DNA of 56,537 nucleotides, from positions 1-56,537 of IMG/VR virus record IMGVR_UViG_3300036806_000389; one strand, given 5' to 3'. The notes beneath the pieces are model-generated. The model was not told the origin of the DNA and did no database searches. It was given only the letters and a program-made list of their open reading frames with translations. Origin of the DNA: a virus. Taxonomy: Duplodnaviria > Caudoviricetes. Positions 46,991 to 55,559 of this stretch are shown one piece after another. Position numbers and translations under genes: made by a program. Position 1 is the stretch's first letter, and the number at the start of each line of letters is the position of its first letter.

Positions 46991-48315
46991 GGTCGCCCCC
47001 CGTCCGTCCCGTCGAGCAGGCGCGCGCCCTCGCGGACCAGGTCGAGCACCCGGGCCTTGGCGAGCGGACTCCGGCCGGCGCCGTACGCGCGGCGGGTCGC
47101 CTCGAGCGTTATGGCGGCTAGTCGGCTATCCCGCGCCGTGGAACGGCGGTGGAATTCTTCGACGGCAAGTGCCGAGAATCCTTCGAGGTGCCTCGGATTC
47201 GTAAACCGTAGGTCTCGAGTTCGAATCTCGAAGGTGGCTCGATACTTAGCGGCCTCGTCCGCTCCGTCGTGGGATTCCACGGTTCGCGCCGCCGCGCCGC
47301 GAAGTGTCTCGTTCAGGAAGTGGGCGTAGCGCTCCGTCGTCTTGATCGAAGCGTGCCCGAGCAGCCCCTGGATCTCGGCGAGGGTCCACGCGGGACCCCA
47401 CCACCCGGCGAGCAGAGACGTCGCGCACGAGTGCCGGAGGTCGTACCAGCGGAAAGACGGATCCAGGCCGGCCGCCTTGACCCACTCCTTCCAGTGGGTC
47501 GGATCGCTCGAGTCCGCGCGACGGTCGTTCGACCGCGGGGAGGGGAAGACGTACTGACAGGAGCCCTTTCGCCCGTGCTCGGCAGCCCGGAACGCCTCCA
47601 GCGCCAGGCCGAAAAGGGGAAGCCTCCGCACCTGGCCCGTCTTGGTCGGCTTGCCGCGGCGCGAGAAGCGGATCGAGACCTGCCGTGCGTCGAGGTCGAC
47701 GTCGTTCCAGGTGAGCCGCCACTGCTCGGAGTTCCGCAGCCCGAGACCGAGGGCCGCCGCGACGGCAGGCCACTCCTCTGGCGCCGTCGCTTCGAGGAGC
47801 GCGAGTTGCTGTTCGGGCATCGCGACGAGCCACGGATCGTCCGAACGCGCCTCCTGCGTCTTCGGCAGACGGATCTCGCGCGCGGGGTTCTCGGTGAGGA
47901 TCTCATCGTCGACAGCGTCGTGGAGCACCACGCGGACGAGGTTCAGCGCGTTGCGCCGCGTCTGGGCCGCGAGCCCCTTGTCGTGCATCCACGCGAGCCA
48001 ATCCTTGAAATGCCGCCGCGAGAGATCTCGAACAGGGATTTTCCCGATTGCGTGCTGCTCGACGTAGAGCGCCCAGCGGTTCTCCTCGTTCGCGTGGTCG
48101 CGCACGAGCGTGCGCCGGCGTCGCGAAAAGTCGTCCCAGAGCGCCTCGAGCGTCGGCCCTTTTCCCTTGACCGGAAACGGCCGCTCGAGAGCGAGCTCCG
48201 CCTCGCGCTCCGTGTCGAACGTGCCTGCGCTCGCATACCTTCCCGTGCTCGGGTGCAGCCGGCGCGCGCGGAATCGGCCTGACGGAAGCTTCTCAACGGA
48301 ACCGCGGCGCTTCAA
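46987..48315 (-). CDS. int: Tyrosine integrase with C-terminal extension spanning attP
   Basis: GLRNSE (R), TKT (K), YDLRH, LGH, TTERYAH (Y). Confidence 0.95.
   Translation of the reverse strand: MKRRGSVEKLPSGRFRARRLHPSTGRYASAGTFDTEREAELALERPFPVKGKGPTLEALWDDFSRRRRTLVRDHANEENRWALYVEQHAIGKIPVRDLSRRHFKDWLAWMHDKGLAAQTRRNALNLVRVVLHDAVDDEILTENPAREIRLPKTQEARSDDPWLVAMPEQQLALLEATAPEEWPAVAAALGLGLRNSEQWRLTWNDVDLDARQVSIRFSRRGKPTKTGQVRRLPLFGLALEAFRAAEHGRKGSCQYVFPSPRSNDRRADSSDPTHWKEWVKAAGLDPSFRWYDLRHSCATSLLAGWWGPAWTLAEIQGLLGHASIKTTERYAHFLNETLRGAAARTVESHDGADEAAKYRATFEIRTRDLRFTNPRHLEGFSALAVEEFHRRSTARDSRLAAITLEATRRAYGAGRSPLAKARVLDLVREGARLLDGTDGGRP
47198..47240 (+). other. attP: attP core candidate: 3' half of tRNA-Thr(CGT)
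   Basis: TTCGTAA anticodon loop, ACCGT, AGGTC, T-arm TCGAG-TTCGAAT-CTCGA, acceptor strand AGGTGGC-T-C; 5' half absent. Confidence 0.85.
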
Positions 48316-48488
48316 TTGGCCCTCGGTGCGACCACGCGCTCTGGCACAAACGCCGTGATGAACTCCTCGCCGCCCTTCAGCGTAATCGTTTCGTCGTCGT
48401 ACTGATCGCGGGACGTGACGAGCAATACGACGACCCGATACATCTCGGCGCCAACGCGGATCTTGGTGGGCTTCTTCGGGGCGCTCAC
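48312..48488 (-). CDS. Small protein immediately upstream of int
   Basis: Overlaps both neighbours. Confidence 0.5.
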   Translation of the reverse strand: MSAPKKPTKIRVGAEMYRVVVLLVTSRDQYDDETITLKGGEEFITAFVPERVVAPRAN

Positions 48489-49129
48489 GCTGCCTTCGCT
48501 TTCTCGAGCACCCTTCGAAACTCGATCACCCACACCCACGGGTTCCCGAACCAATCGACTCGGTCGCTGTTGATCGAGTCCCACAAGATCGCGAAGGCGA
48601 GAGTATTCGGATGCGACCCCTTCGTACGCCAAGGAGCGCTCTCAATGATCGGCTGGTCATCAGCGAAGCTGCTCACGGTATTTAGGTCGACGCCTTCGGA
48701 GCGCGCATCATCTTCCGAAATGTCCCGCAACCGCTCGACGCGCACACCGGTGATCTCGAGCGTGATGCGCGACGCCCAGCGCGGCATGTGGATGGACGGC
48801 GTCCATCGGATAGCTCCATGGACTCGCTCGGGTTCCGTCGCGCGGTACCAGACGGTTCCTCCGGGAACCTCACCGCGGAGATGTGTCTCGCGAACCCACA
48901 GCCGATCTCCGGTGACTCCATACGGACATAGCGTGAGTGCATTGCCTTTGCCGTCGCGACCGAAAGCTCCCAGCCAAGCTCCCCGCTTCCCGTACACGTC
49001 GAACGTAGACTCGTTTGACGGATTCGGCCCCGCGACTTCGTGTTTTACGATCCGCCTCGTCTGCGTCTTCCGACTGTCGAGAATCGCTCGCACCATCGGC
49101 GCCGAAAAAATGATCGGTCGCTCTTTCAT
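48485..49129 (-). CDS. ASCH/PUA-like phage protein
   Basis: MVRAILDSRKTQTRR, GDRLWVRET, WTPSIHMPRWASR, NPWVWVIEF. Confidence 0.88.
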   Translation of the reverse strand: MKERPIIFSAPMVRAILDSRKTQTRRIVKHEVAGPNPSNESTFDVYGKRGAWLGAFGRDGKGNALTLCPYGVTGDRLWVRETHLRGEVPGGTVWYRATEPERVHGAIRWTPSIHMPRWASRITLEITGVRVERLRDISEDDARSEGVDLNTVSSFADDQPIIESAPWRTKGSHPNTLAFAILWDSINSDRVDWFGNPWVWVIEFRRVLEKAKAA

Positions 49130-49395
49130 CAGACGATCCACGTCCCGTCGTTGAGCCGATCGAGTTCCGCCTTGAGCATTGGCAACAATGAACCAGGATT
49201 CGGTGCGTCGTCCGGAGACAGCAGCACCGCCGCGAGATGCGCGCGGGCCTGTCGCTCGTCCTTGCAGACGCCGCTTTCGACCAGCAGAGCGCACATGCCG
49301 CTAACGATCGTGATGAGCGCTACGGCCGCGTTCTCATCGAGAATCGCCGCGTTAACGCGCGACCAAATCTCCTGGTTCGGCTTGATCTCGAGCAT
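49129..49395 (-). CDS. Hypothetical protein
   Basis: TGATG coupling at both ends. Confidence 0.6.
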   Translation of the reverse strand: MLEIKPNQEIWSRVNAAILDENAAVALITIVSGMCALLVESGVCKDERQARAHLAAVLLSPDDAPNPGSLLPMLKAELDRLNDGTWIV

Positions 49396-49754
49396 CAGGT
49401 GCCGACCCTCTCGGTCGTGCCTTCCCAGATGAATTCCCCGTCGGCGCCGACGGGCAGGTGCTTCCGGCACGCAACGCAGAACGTCCCGGAATAGAAGTAG
49501 GGGTTTCGCGCATACGTCTCGGCGAGCTCGCGGCCCATCGTTGTTCTGGTCCCGCACGCAGGCGGATCCGGTTTGATGAGCACGTGGCCGTGCATCTGCG
49601 GGTTCTTTCCCACATGCAGATACGTTTCACGCACCGGTCGCACGAACCCTTTGGCTCGCTCTTCCTCTGGAAGCACGTAGTACTCGCGTTGCTGGCCCGT
49701 GGCGGGGTCGATGGACCGATCGATGTCGTCCTTGGGGTAGTTCTTGAGAGTCAC
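49395..49754 (-). CDS. Phage protein with putative Zn-binding motifs
   Basis: ERAKGFVRPVR, CGTRTTM, ETYARNP, TFCVAC; AAGGA SD. Confidence 0.75.
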   Translation of the reverse strand: MTLKNYPKDDIDRSIDPATGQQREYYVLPEEERAKGFVRPVRETYLHVGKNPQMHGHVLIKPDPPACGTRTTMGRELAETYARNPYFYSGTFCVACRKHLPVGADGEFIWEGTTERVGT

Positions 49755-50002
49755 GCCGTTCCTTTCGTCGCCGCATCCTTCGCCCGCGCCCGCATGCCGA
49801 TCCACCGTTCTCGATTCCGCTCGAACTCCGCGTCACGCATCTCGCGGTACTCGCGCGCGTAGGCCGCGAGCCGCGCGTCTTCGTCTCGGCTCGCGCGACG
49901 CCACTGACGAAGCGCGCTCACCAGGATGTAGACCGGGTACGCGAGCGCCGCGCAGAGGCACGCGCCGAGTAGCAGGACGTCTCCGGTTGTCAGGGCGCTC
50001 AT
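49751..50002 (-). CDS. Single-TM protein
   Basis: GGAGG SD; N-terminal hydrophobic helix. Confidence 0.65.
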   Translation of the reverse strand: MSALTTGDVLLLGACLCAALAYPVYILVSALRQWRRASRDEDARLAAYAREYREMRDAEFERNRERWIGMRARAKDAATKGTA

Positions 50003-50460
50003 GCGACCTCCAAAAGTTGCCGTGCCACGGAGACCGTTGCGGCAGATTCCCGATTAGACAGCCACGTCCGTTTTACGAGTAGCGCCCTACACGGGCGCCA
50101 AGTGGCTCTCGCTCGATTGCCATCCGGGTTGCAGGTCTCGCGTCGCGTCCCGCCCAATCCACGGCGCGGCACGGCTGGAAAACGACTCACCCCCGCACGG
50201 CGAGCAAACGGGGTGGCGCGCTCCGTCGAGCGCGTGCTTCCACCTCCGTGTCGCTCGTGGCTTCCGTGCGGGCCGGGCCGGTTGCCCGGTTGTTCCCGTG
50301 GGCTATGCGAATCGCCCGGTGATTGAACGTGCGACCACGCTGCTTGTCGGAGCAGGCGCGCCACGCGAACAGGCCGACATTTGCGGACTACGACGCGCAC
50401 GCCCCGTCCGCGGACAGCCGGCGCTGCTGACACTCCGTGCAGGAGGGCGGCCATCGTCTT
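50003..50460 (-). ncRNA. Candidate structured RNA within the early operon
   Basis: Series of stems, including a 32-bp interrupted hairpin (50192-50272); G-U pairs and a GNRA loop favour the minus strand. Confidence 0.45.
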
Positions 50461-50461
50461 C

Positions 50462-50878
50462 TCAGCCGGCCTTCCGCGCGCAGCGAACCTGGTCGATGTG
50501 AACGCGAATCGCTTCGCCCTGGGCTTCGGCGGGAAACGCCTCAAGAAGCCACCCCGGGACGTTTCGCGAGCCGTCGTAGCAAGCCTGTACGTGCTCGACC
50601 GTGCACTCGGCCTCGCGTGCGATCCGGCGCCACGACCAGCCGTGCGAGAGCACGTAGTCGCACATGGCCCGGTACCTGCAGAGGACGCCGCGGTTCAGTT
50701 CGGCGCGACGAGCACTCGATGGAGAGACCTTCACCGGCGGACGGAGCGCGCGAGCGAGGTCGTCCGCCATTTCTTCGAGTGACCGAGCGCGCTCGCCGGG
50801 CAGAGCCGGGGGCACCGAAGAGATCGGTCGCTCGCCGTGGCGGAGGAGCGAATCGAGGAGGTCGCGACGGTCGGCCAT
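50462..50878 (-). CDS. HTH protein, CII-like by position
   Basis: SWRRIAREAECTVEHVQACYDG. Confidence 0.55.
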   Translation of the reverse strand: MADRRDLLDSLLRHGERPISSVPPALPGERARSLEEMADDLARALRPPVKVSPSSARRAELNRGVLCRYRAMCDYVLSHGWSWRRIAREAECTVEHVQACYDGSRNVPGWLLEAFPAEAQGEAIRVHIDQVRCARKAG

Positions 50879-50971
50879 TCAGCGTCGCCCCGCAATTTCT
50901 GACAGCCGCGCCGCGATCACATTCGGGCGTTCAGTTCGCCGAACCAGAGAGCGCTGATACCTTCCGCCCGC

Positions 50972-51463
50972 ATGAGGGAAAGAGTCTTGGTCGTCGGTCT
51001 GTACATCGTGGCGGCCGGAACGACGGCGAGCGCCGCGCTCACGGCATTCACCATGAAGGACGCGCGCGACTACCGAGCGAAGATGGACCGCGACCAGAAA
51101 CAACGCGACGACGCCTATGCGAAGGAACGCGCCGAGCAGGCGGAAGCCTCCAAGTCGCACAACGTCTCGATCAAGAACTACTGTTCCGCGAACGGGTTCT
51201 CGTACAACTGCACGTTCACCAACATGCACCCCCAGCGAGCAACGCCGATCTGCTCGCACGGAAAGCTCGCGCAGAAGGCCAATCCCGGAGTCACGCTGCT
51301 TTCGATGCCCACGTGCTCCGGCACTCTGGAGCCGATGGAGACCAAACAGGTGAGCGCGCCGTGGATTGGCGGCGACCCGGACGCCGTCTGCAACAAGCCG
51401 AACGGATACGGCGGCACGGTGCTCGACTGGAGCACGTGCCTCTTCAACAGCGTCGAAGACTGA
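50972..51463 (+). CDS. Membrane-anchored Cys-rich protein (moron, antisense to the early operon)
   Basis: N-terminal TM, coiled coil, six-Cys C-terminal domain. Confidence 0.75.
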   Translation: MRERVLVVGLYIVAAGTTASAALTAFTMKDARDYRAKMDRDQKQRDDAYAKERAEQAEASKSHNVSIKNYCSANGFSYNCTFTNMHPQRATPICSHGKLAQKANPGVTLLSMPTCSGTLEPMETKQVSAPWIGGDPDAVCNKPNGYGGTVLDWSTCLFNSVED

Positions 51464-51552
51464 AGGCACGCTACCCGACCTCGACGACGAGCAAGTCCGC
51501 CAGGATTTCCCGAGCGGCAGCGCGTAGCGCGACGGTGGTCAGGTACGGCATT

Positions 51553-51954
51553 TCAGGCCGCTCTCCGGCACAACATGTCGTGGAGTCGTTCGAAAAAACC
51601 GCCGACTATCCCGTTTCGGTCGTACCACTCGCGGTAGAGGCGCTCGGGGGCAAATCGCGCGTGAAGCGCCTTCTCGTCGTGCACACACGAATCGGGCAAT
51701 ACCAGCATGACGTCCAACGGACGCTCTCCCATGAGCCATCGCAAGCGAGAACGCTCCGTTACAGAATTGAGCCCTCCGATGCGATCGTTGGGGCGGACCG
51801 AGCTGCCGATTTTCACTACGCGCTCATTCGCCGCGAAATAGGTCGTGGCGAACCAAACGCTGTCCCGGCAACGGCATTTGACAGTGCGACGACCGAAGAT
51901 CTCGTCGAAGCTGCCGTTCGGCAGCTCGAACACGCGATCGGAATAGGCGAGCAC
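51553..51954 (-). CDS. GIY-YIG/T5orf172-like protein
   Basis: TYF..VKIGSS..RI..EKALHARF..REWY. Confidence 0.7.
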   Translation of the reverse strand: MLAYSDRVFELPNGSFDEIFGRRTVKCRCRDSVWFATTYFAANERVVKIGSSVRPNDRIGGLNSVTERSRLRWLMGERPLDVMLVLPDSCVHDEKALHARFAPERLYREWYDRNGIVGGFFERLHDMLCRRAA

Positions 51955-52151
51955 TACGCCGCTTCCCCGCTGGTCCAACGGAACCGCTTCACGACCTTTC
52001 GGTCGCGGATGAACTCGGTCACGTTCACCCGGCCTCGGCCACCGACGAGCCGCACGCACACGAAGACCTTCGCCAGAAGCGCGCGGCGCACCTCGGCGAT
52101 CGCTGCGTCCACAGCTTCCAGCTTTGACGGAAAGCTCTCAGCGGGTGGCAT
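51954..52151 (-). CDS. Small hypothetical protein
   Basis: AAGGA SD; overlaps the cro-like gene end. Confidence 0.5.
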   Translation of the reverse strand: MPPAESFPSKLEAVDAAIAEVRRALLAKVFVCVRLVGGRGRVNVTEFIRDRKVVKRFRWTSGEAA

Positions 52152-52479
52152 TGTCCTTCTCCAGCCGCCGCTCACGAACCGCCCGTGCCCGCTCCTGCGC
52201 CGCCTCGCGCCGCTTCAGGCGCTGCGCCTCGCGCATCTCCTCTTCAGGGATCCAGAGCTTCGCCTCGACAACCCCCTCCGTCGCCTCTTCGATGTCGAAG
52301 GCGAGTTCGACGGAGACGCGCTGAAGGCGGCCGTTCAGGAGCTTTTGGATCGCGAAGCGATCGAGCCCGTGAACCTCGCACCAGTCCGGAATGCTGAGTC
52401 CGGCGAGGTCGACGCAGCGGCGCAGGCAAGACGCGCCGGGGAGTGGACGTTGGTCATCAGGTTCGGATTCGGTCTCCAT
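52138..52479 (-). CDS. Cro-like HTH regulator
   Basis: Divergent from the repressor; IQKLLNGR..VSVELAFDIEEATEGVV. Confidence 0.8.
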   Translation of the reverse strand: METESEPDDQRPLPGASCLRRCVDLAGLSIPDWCEVHGLDRFAIQKLLNGRLQRVSVELAFDIEEATEGVVEAKLWIPEEEMREAQRLKRREAAQERARAVRERRLEKDNATR

Positions 52480-52492
52480 GCTGTCCGAACCA

Positions 52493-52585
52493 GCAATAGC
52501 GTGCCGAATAGCACGTGTCAAGCGCCGCGTGCCGGTTGGCTCGATGACACCAGGCGGCAGAGAGGGTACTAATCAGCACGTGCAG
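52493..52585. promoter_or_regulatory. Divergent promoters with operators (PR-like and PRM-like)
   Basis: Minus strand TTGACA-17-TATTGC; plus strand ATGACA-17-TACTAA; operator-like TAGCACGTGTCA (52509) and CAGCACGTGCAG (52574). Confidence 0.75.
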
Positions 52586-53083
52586 ACGGTTGCAGAGCGA
52601 TTCAAGGCCTTGCGCGAGCATCTCGGGTGGAACCAGGACGACTTCGAGGGCGTCCATCGAACCGAGGTCAACAAGATCGAGGGCGGCGGGAACCAGCTCA
52701 CGGGCGGCGACCTACGCGATCGCGTCGCGCGCTCACTAGGCGTCTCCATTGAAGACCTGGTGGCGTACGTCTCGGGGAAAATGCCGCTAGCTCAGCTCGC
52801 CGCGAAGCGAGCCAAAAAGCCGACGCTGGTGCCTGCTTCGGCGGCGAAATGGGTAACCGTAGACGCCGAGACGCGCCGAAAGGCCACCGTCTATTTGAAG
52901 CAGCCCCCGCAGGCTTTCAGCGATGAGGCGATCGCGTTGGCGTTCGAGGAGCTGCGGATCGCGGACCCGGAAGTCGCTAAGAGTCCGCGACGCGTTGCCG
53001 ACGCGGTCCGGGTGGTGATCCTCGGAATCATCGCTTCCATGCCCTCGGAAGCTCCGCTCGCGGGTACTCGCCGCTCGAAGTAA
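52580..53083 (+). CDS. CI-like XRE repressor (GTG start, probably leaderless)
   Basis: ERFKALREHLGWNQ..EVNKIEGG..VARSLGVSIEDL; no S24 peptidase motif evident. Confidence 0.85.
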   Translation: MQTVAERFKALREHLGWNQDDFEGVHRTEVNKIEGGGNQLTGGDLRDRVARSLGVSIEDLVAYVSGKMPLAQLAAKRAKKPTLVPASAAKWVTVDAETRRKATVYLKQPPQAFSDEAIALAFEELRIADPEVAKSPRRVADAVRVVILGIIASMPSEAPLAGTRRSK

Positions 53084-53210
53084 CGGGCTCGACCAGGTAC
53101 CACTCGCCGCTCCAGCGGACGAGAATGGGAGAATCGCAGAGCGTCGAGCGCCTGCATCGATCGGGCCCTAGTTCGTCGCGGACCCGCTGAAGTTCCACCT
53201 GTGCGACCAC
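53028..53210 (-). CDS. Possible 60-aa protein convergent with the repressor
   Basis: GAGGAGG SD 8 nt before GTG. Confidence 0.35.
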   Translation of the reverse strand: MVAQVELQRVRDELGPDRCRRSTLCDSPILVRWSGEWYLVEPVTSSGEYPRAELPRAWKR

Positions 53211-53234
53211 GCTGCGTCCCTCCTCACCAAGGAT

Positions 53235-53263
53235 CGGGTGGCGGTTTTCGCCGCCCGTTGTTG
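53235..53263 (+). terminator. Terminator-like hairpin downstream of the repressor
   Basis: CGGGTGGCG-GTTTT-CGCCGCCCG followed by TTGTTG. Confidence 0.5.
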
Positions 53264-53318
53264 CAATTTTGGACCGCGCAAGATGCCACCCTGACCGGTG
53301 AAAGAAAATAGCGACGCT

Positions 53319-53359
53319 TAGCACGTGCTAGTTGACACGTGCCATTCGGGGCGTATGAT
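53319..53359 (+). promoter_or_regulatory. PL-like promoter with two operators
   Basis: Perfect palindrome TAGCACGTGCTA (53319-53330); TTGACA-16-TATGAT overlapping TGACACGTGCCA. Confidence 0.85.
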
Positions 53360-53366
53360 GGGTCGC

Positions 53367-53576
53367 ATGCTCGACCCCAAGCCCACCCTCTCCCGCGCCC
53401 GCTCCGCCACGTCGGCCCGGCTCCGCGGCATGGAGCTACCCGACTGCTTCGCCTCGGCCACGGTCGCGGCAGAGGCCCACCTGCTCGCGCGGCGGACCCT
53501 CCGCCGGGGTGATGCCGCCGACCTCCGGAGGGCCGCCGACAAGGCGCGCCGGCTCGAAGGGTCGGTGCGGCCGTGA
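53367..53576 (+). CDS. First gene of the PL-like arm, hypothetical
   Basis: ATG 7 nt after the -10 box; coupled to the next gene. Confidence 0.55.
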   Translation: MLDPKPTLSRARSATSARLRGMELPDCFASATVAAEAHLLARRTLRRGDAADLRRAADKARRLEGSVRP

Positions 53577-53845
53577 GCCGCCATCCGACCGTCATCGGTG
53601 TCGCGCCGCTCGCGGCCGGCAGCGCCCCCGCGCCGACCCGGAGCCAGACGCCGACGGGACGGTACCGGTTCGTCGCCTCCGAGAGCGCCAGCGAGTTCGT
53701 CGGGTCGCCGCAGTCCATCGACTTCACGCGCGCCGACGGGCGCATCGAGCGAAAGCTCATGTATCCGGTGCGTCTGCGGCCGTCGGTCGACGCGGACATG
53801 CCGATCGTGCGTTGGGTGGATCGCGATGAGGCGGTGCGGCCGTGA
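53573..53845 (+). CDS. Hypothetical protein
   Basis: GTGA coupling. Confidence 0.55.
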   Translation: MSRHPTVIGVAPLAAGSAPAPTRSQTPTGRYRFVASESASEFVGSPQSIDFTRADGRIERKLMYPVRLRPSVDADMPIVRWVDRDEAVRP

Positions 53846-54252
53846 GCGAACCTCTCGATCTCCTTCGTGCCTCCCAGGCGCTTCGGATCCTCGACGCGCT
53901 CGAGAACGCGAAACTGCCGTTCTCGCTGGCGCCTCTCGCGCCCATGGTCGGATGGCGCGCGAACGTCGAAGGGATCGGCGAGGCCCGCGGCGACACGATC
54001 ACGATCGCGCTCGCGCAGCTTGCCACGGCGATCACGCTGGGGGTGGCTCCGTCTCCGGATACGTTCGTCGAACCGCGTACGACAACGCGGAACAGAGCGA
54101 TCGCGTCGCTCGATGAGGCAGTAGTCGCGCTCGGATACTACGCGGAGCGACACGGGCAAATGCCAGCGCTGCTGGCGGATCTGCGGGACCTTCGCGCGCG
54201 ATTCGAGCGCGCATCGGCAATCGAAGCGAACGAGAAAGCGGGTGGGCAGTGA
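53842..54252 (+). CDS. Hypothetical protein
   Basis: GTGA coupling. Confidence 0.6.
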   Translation: MSEPLDLLRASQALRILDALENAKLPFSLAPLAPMVGWRANVEGIGEARGDTITIALAQLATAITLGVAPSPDTFVEPRTTTRNRAIASLDEAVVALGYYAERHGQMPALLADLRDLRARFERASAIEANEKAGGQ

Positions 54253-54842
54253 GCGACTCCCCGAACCCGTGCCCCGCTTGCGAGGGCTCAGGAAAGGTGC
54301 CATCGACCTGGCGGGAGTGTGCCCGATGCGCTGGCTGCGGGCGTGACGATGTTACTTCGCCCAGTGCGCACGGCGATCCGAATGCATCGCTGAACCTCGA
54401 TGGAATGCTCGGCGCGCCCGAGCCCGAGGCGACGGTCCAGGAGAGCGACGTGCGCAGGTTGGTCTCATCGTGCATGGATTCGTCTCGCGGAACGATCGTC
54501 GGGTTCGCTTTTGAGGCCATCTACGAACTCGCCGCGGAGGTCATCTCGCAGCGTTCCAGGGTCGCGACGTTCAACGAGTTTTTGAAACATGTTCCGCAAG
54601 AGGTTCGGCTGCAGATCGAAAACCGAGACGCTCACGCTAAGTCGCTTCAAAAGCTCGTCGTCCGCCTCCGTCTCTTCATCCACAACGACGCTGGCATAGC
54701 GATCGCAGATACGGACGAATTCGAGGCGATCGACCACGAGATCGCGCGCGTGGGTCTCGACGGTGAGGTGCTGGACGCGATCGGGAAGTCGTCGGTGGAT
54801 TGGTTCGAGAAACGCAGCATGGCGAAGGCGGGTGAGTCGTGA
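54249..54842 (+). CDS. Hypothetical protein with N-terminal CxxC motifs
   Basis: CPACEGSG, CARCAGC; coupled to neighbours. Confidence 0.6.
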   Translation: MSDSPNPCPACEGSGKVPSTWRECARCAGCGRDDVTSPSAHGDPNASLNLDGMLGAPEPEATVQESDVRRLVSSCMDSSRGTIVGFAFEAIYELAAEVISQRSRVATFNEFLKHVPQEVRLQIENRDAHAKSLQKLVVRLRLFIHNDAGIAIADTDEFEAIDHEIARVGLDGEVLDAIGKSSVDWFEKRSMAKAGES

Positions 54843-55072
54843 TCTACGGACGATTCGGACAAGCGCTGACGATTCTGCGCGTGGCGACAGAGGCCGACGT
54901 GCGCCAAATCGAAGGGCGCAAATTGAACAAGACCGACCGTGAAGCGCTCGCGAGTGGGTCCTATGTCGTCGTGGCTGAGGAGGAGTCCGAGCGCCTCTAT
55001 CACCAGGCTTTTCTTCGTGCCGACGGTGGCTCCGTAGAAATCACTCGCGCGCTGGAGGCGCTTATCCCGTGA
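54839..55072 (+). CDS. Hypothetical protein
   Basis: GTGA coupling. Confidence 0.6.
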   Translation: MIYGRFGQALTILRVATEADVRQIEGRKLNKTDREALASGSYVVVAEEESERLYHQAFLRADGGSVEITRALEALIP

Positions 55073-55251
55073 GTCGCGCTGCTCTCGCCCGTGAAGGCCG
55101 CGCGTTCGCGCGTCTCAACTGCAACCGCGTCGCGCTCCGACTCGCCACCGGGCTCTCCGTGGACCTCTTCGGCGGGACCATCGAAGACGCCGCGGAGATT
55201 TGGCACGACGTCACCGCGTGGGCGGGGCCGGCGGGAGGTGCGTGGTCATGA
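55069..55251 (+). CDS. Hypothetical protein
   Basis: GGAGG SD; coupled. Confidence 0.5.
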   Translation: MSRAALAREGRAFARLNCNRVALRLATGLSVDLFGGTIEDAAEIWHDVTAWAGPAGGAWS

Positions 55252-55559
55252 GCCTCTGTGGACCCGACTATCGCCATGACCAGCATCGTCGCCCCGAGCC
55301 GATCGACACGTGGCTCTCGAAATCCCGCGCGCGCAAGCTTGCGGGCTTCTCCGGCGTCAGCGCTATTGGGCAGCGGTGGTGGCGCGTGGAGCTGCACGAG
55401 TACGACGAGATCGTCGGCATCGGCCGAGGCCCGACAGCCGATGAAGCGACCGCAAACGCGCTCAACGACCTGTTCGCTCGCGAGCACGCGGGCCATGTCG
55501 AGAACGACGAGTGCGACAGGATTTTCGAAACGCAGCGGCGGGAAACGGAGTGGGCGTGA
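55248..55559 (+). CDS. Hypothetical protein
   Basis: GGAGGT SD; ATGA coupling. Confidence 0.6.
   Translation: MSLCGPDYRHDQHRRPEPIDTWLSKSRARKLAGFSGVSAIGQRWWRVELHEYDEIVGIGRGPTADEATANALNDLFAREHAGHVENDECDRIFETQRRETEWA

Noticed and set aside
47165-47243. Complete tRNA gene
   Set aside because: Only the anticodon loop to the acceptor 3' strand is present; there is no D-arm or GCCACCT 5' strand, so it is treated as attP
48312-48488. Excisionase call
   Set aside because: Position fits, but I cannot recognise a winged-helix Xis motif
50437-52572. 711-aa plus-strand ORF
   Set aside because: Arg/Ala-rich with no motifs; overlaps better-supported genes; expected shadow ORF in GC-rich DNA
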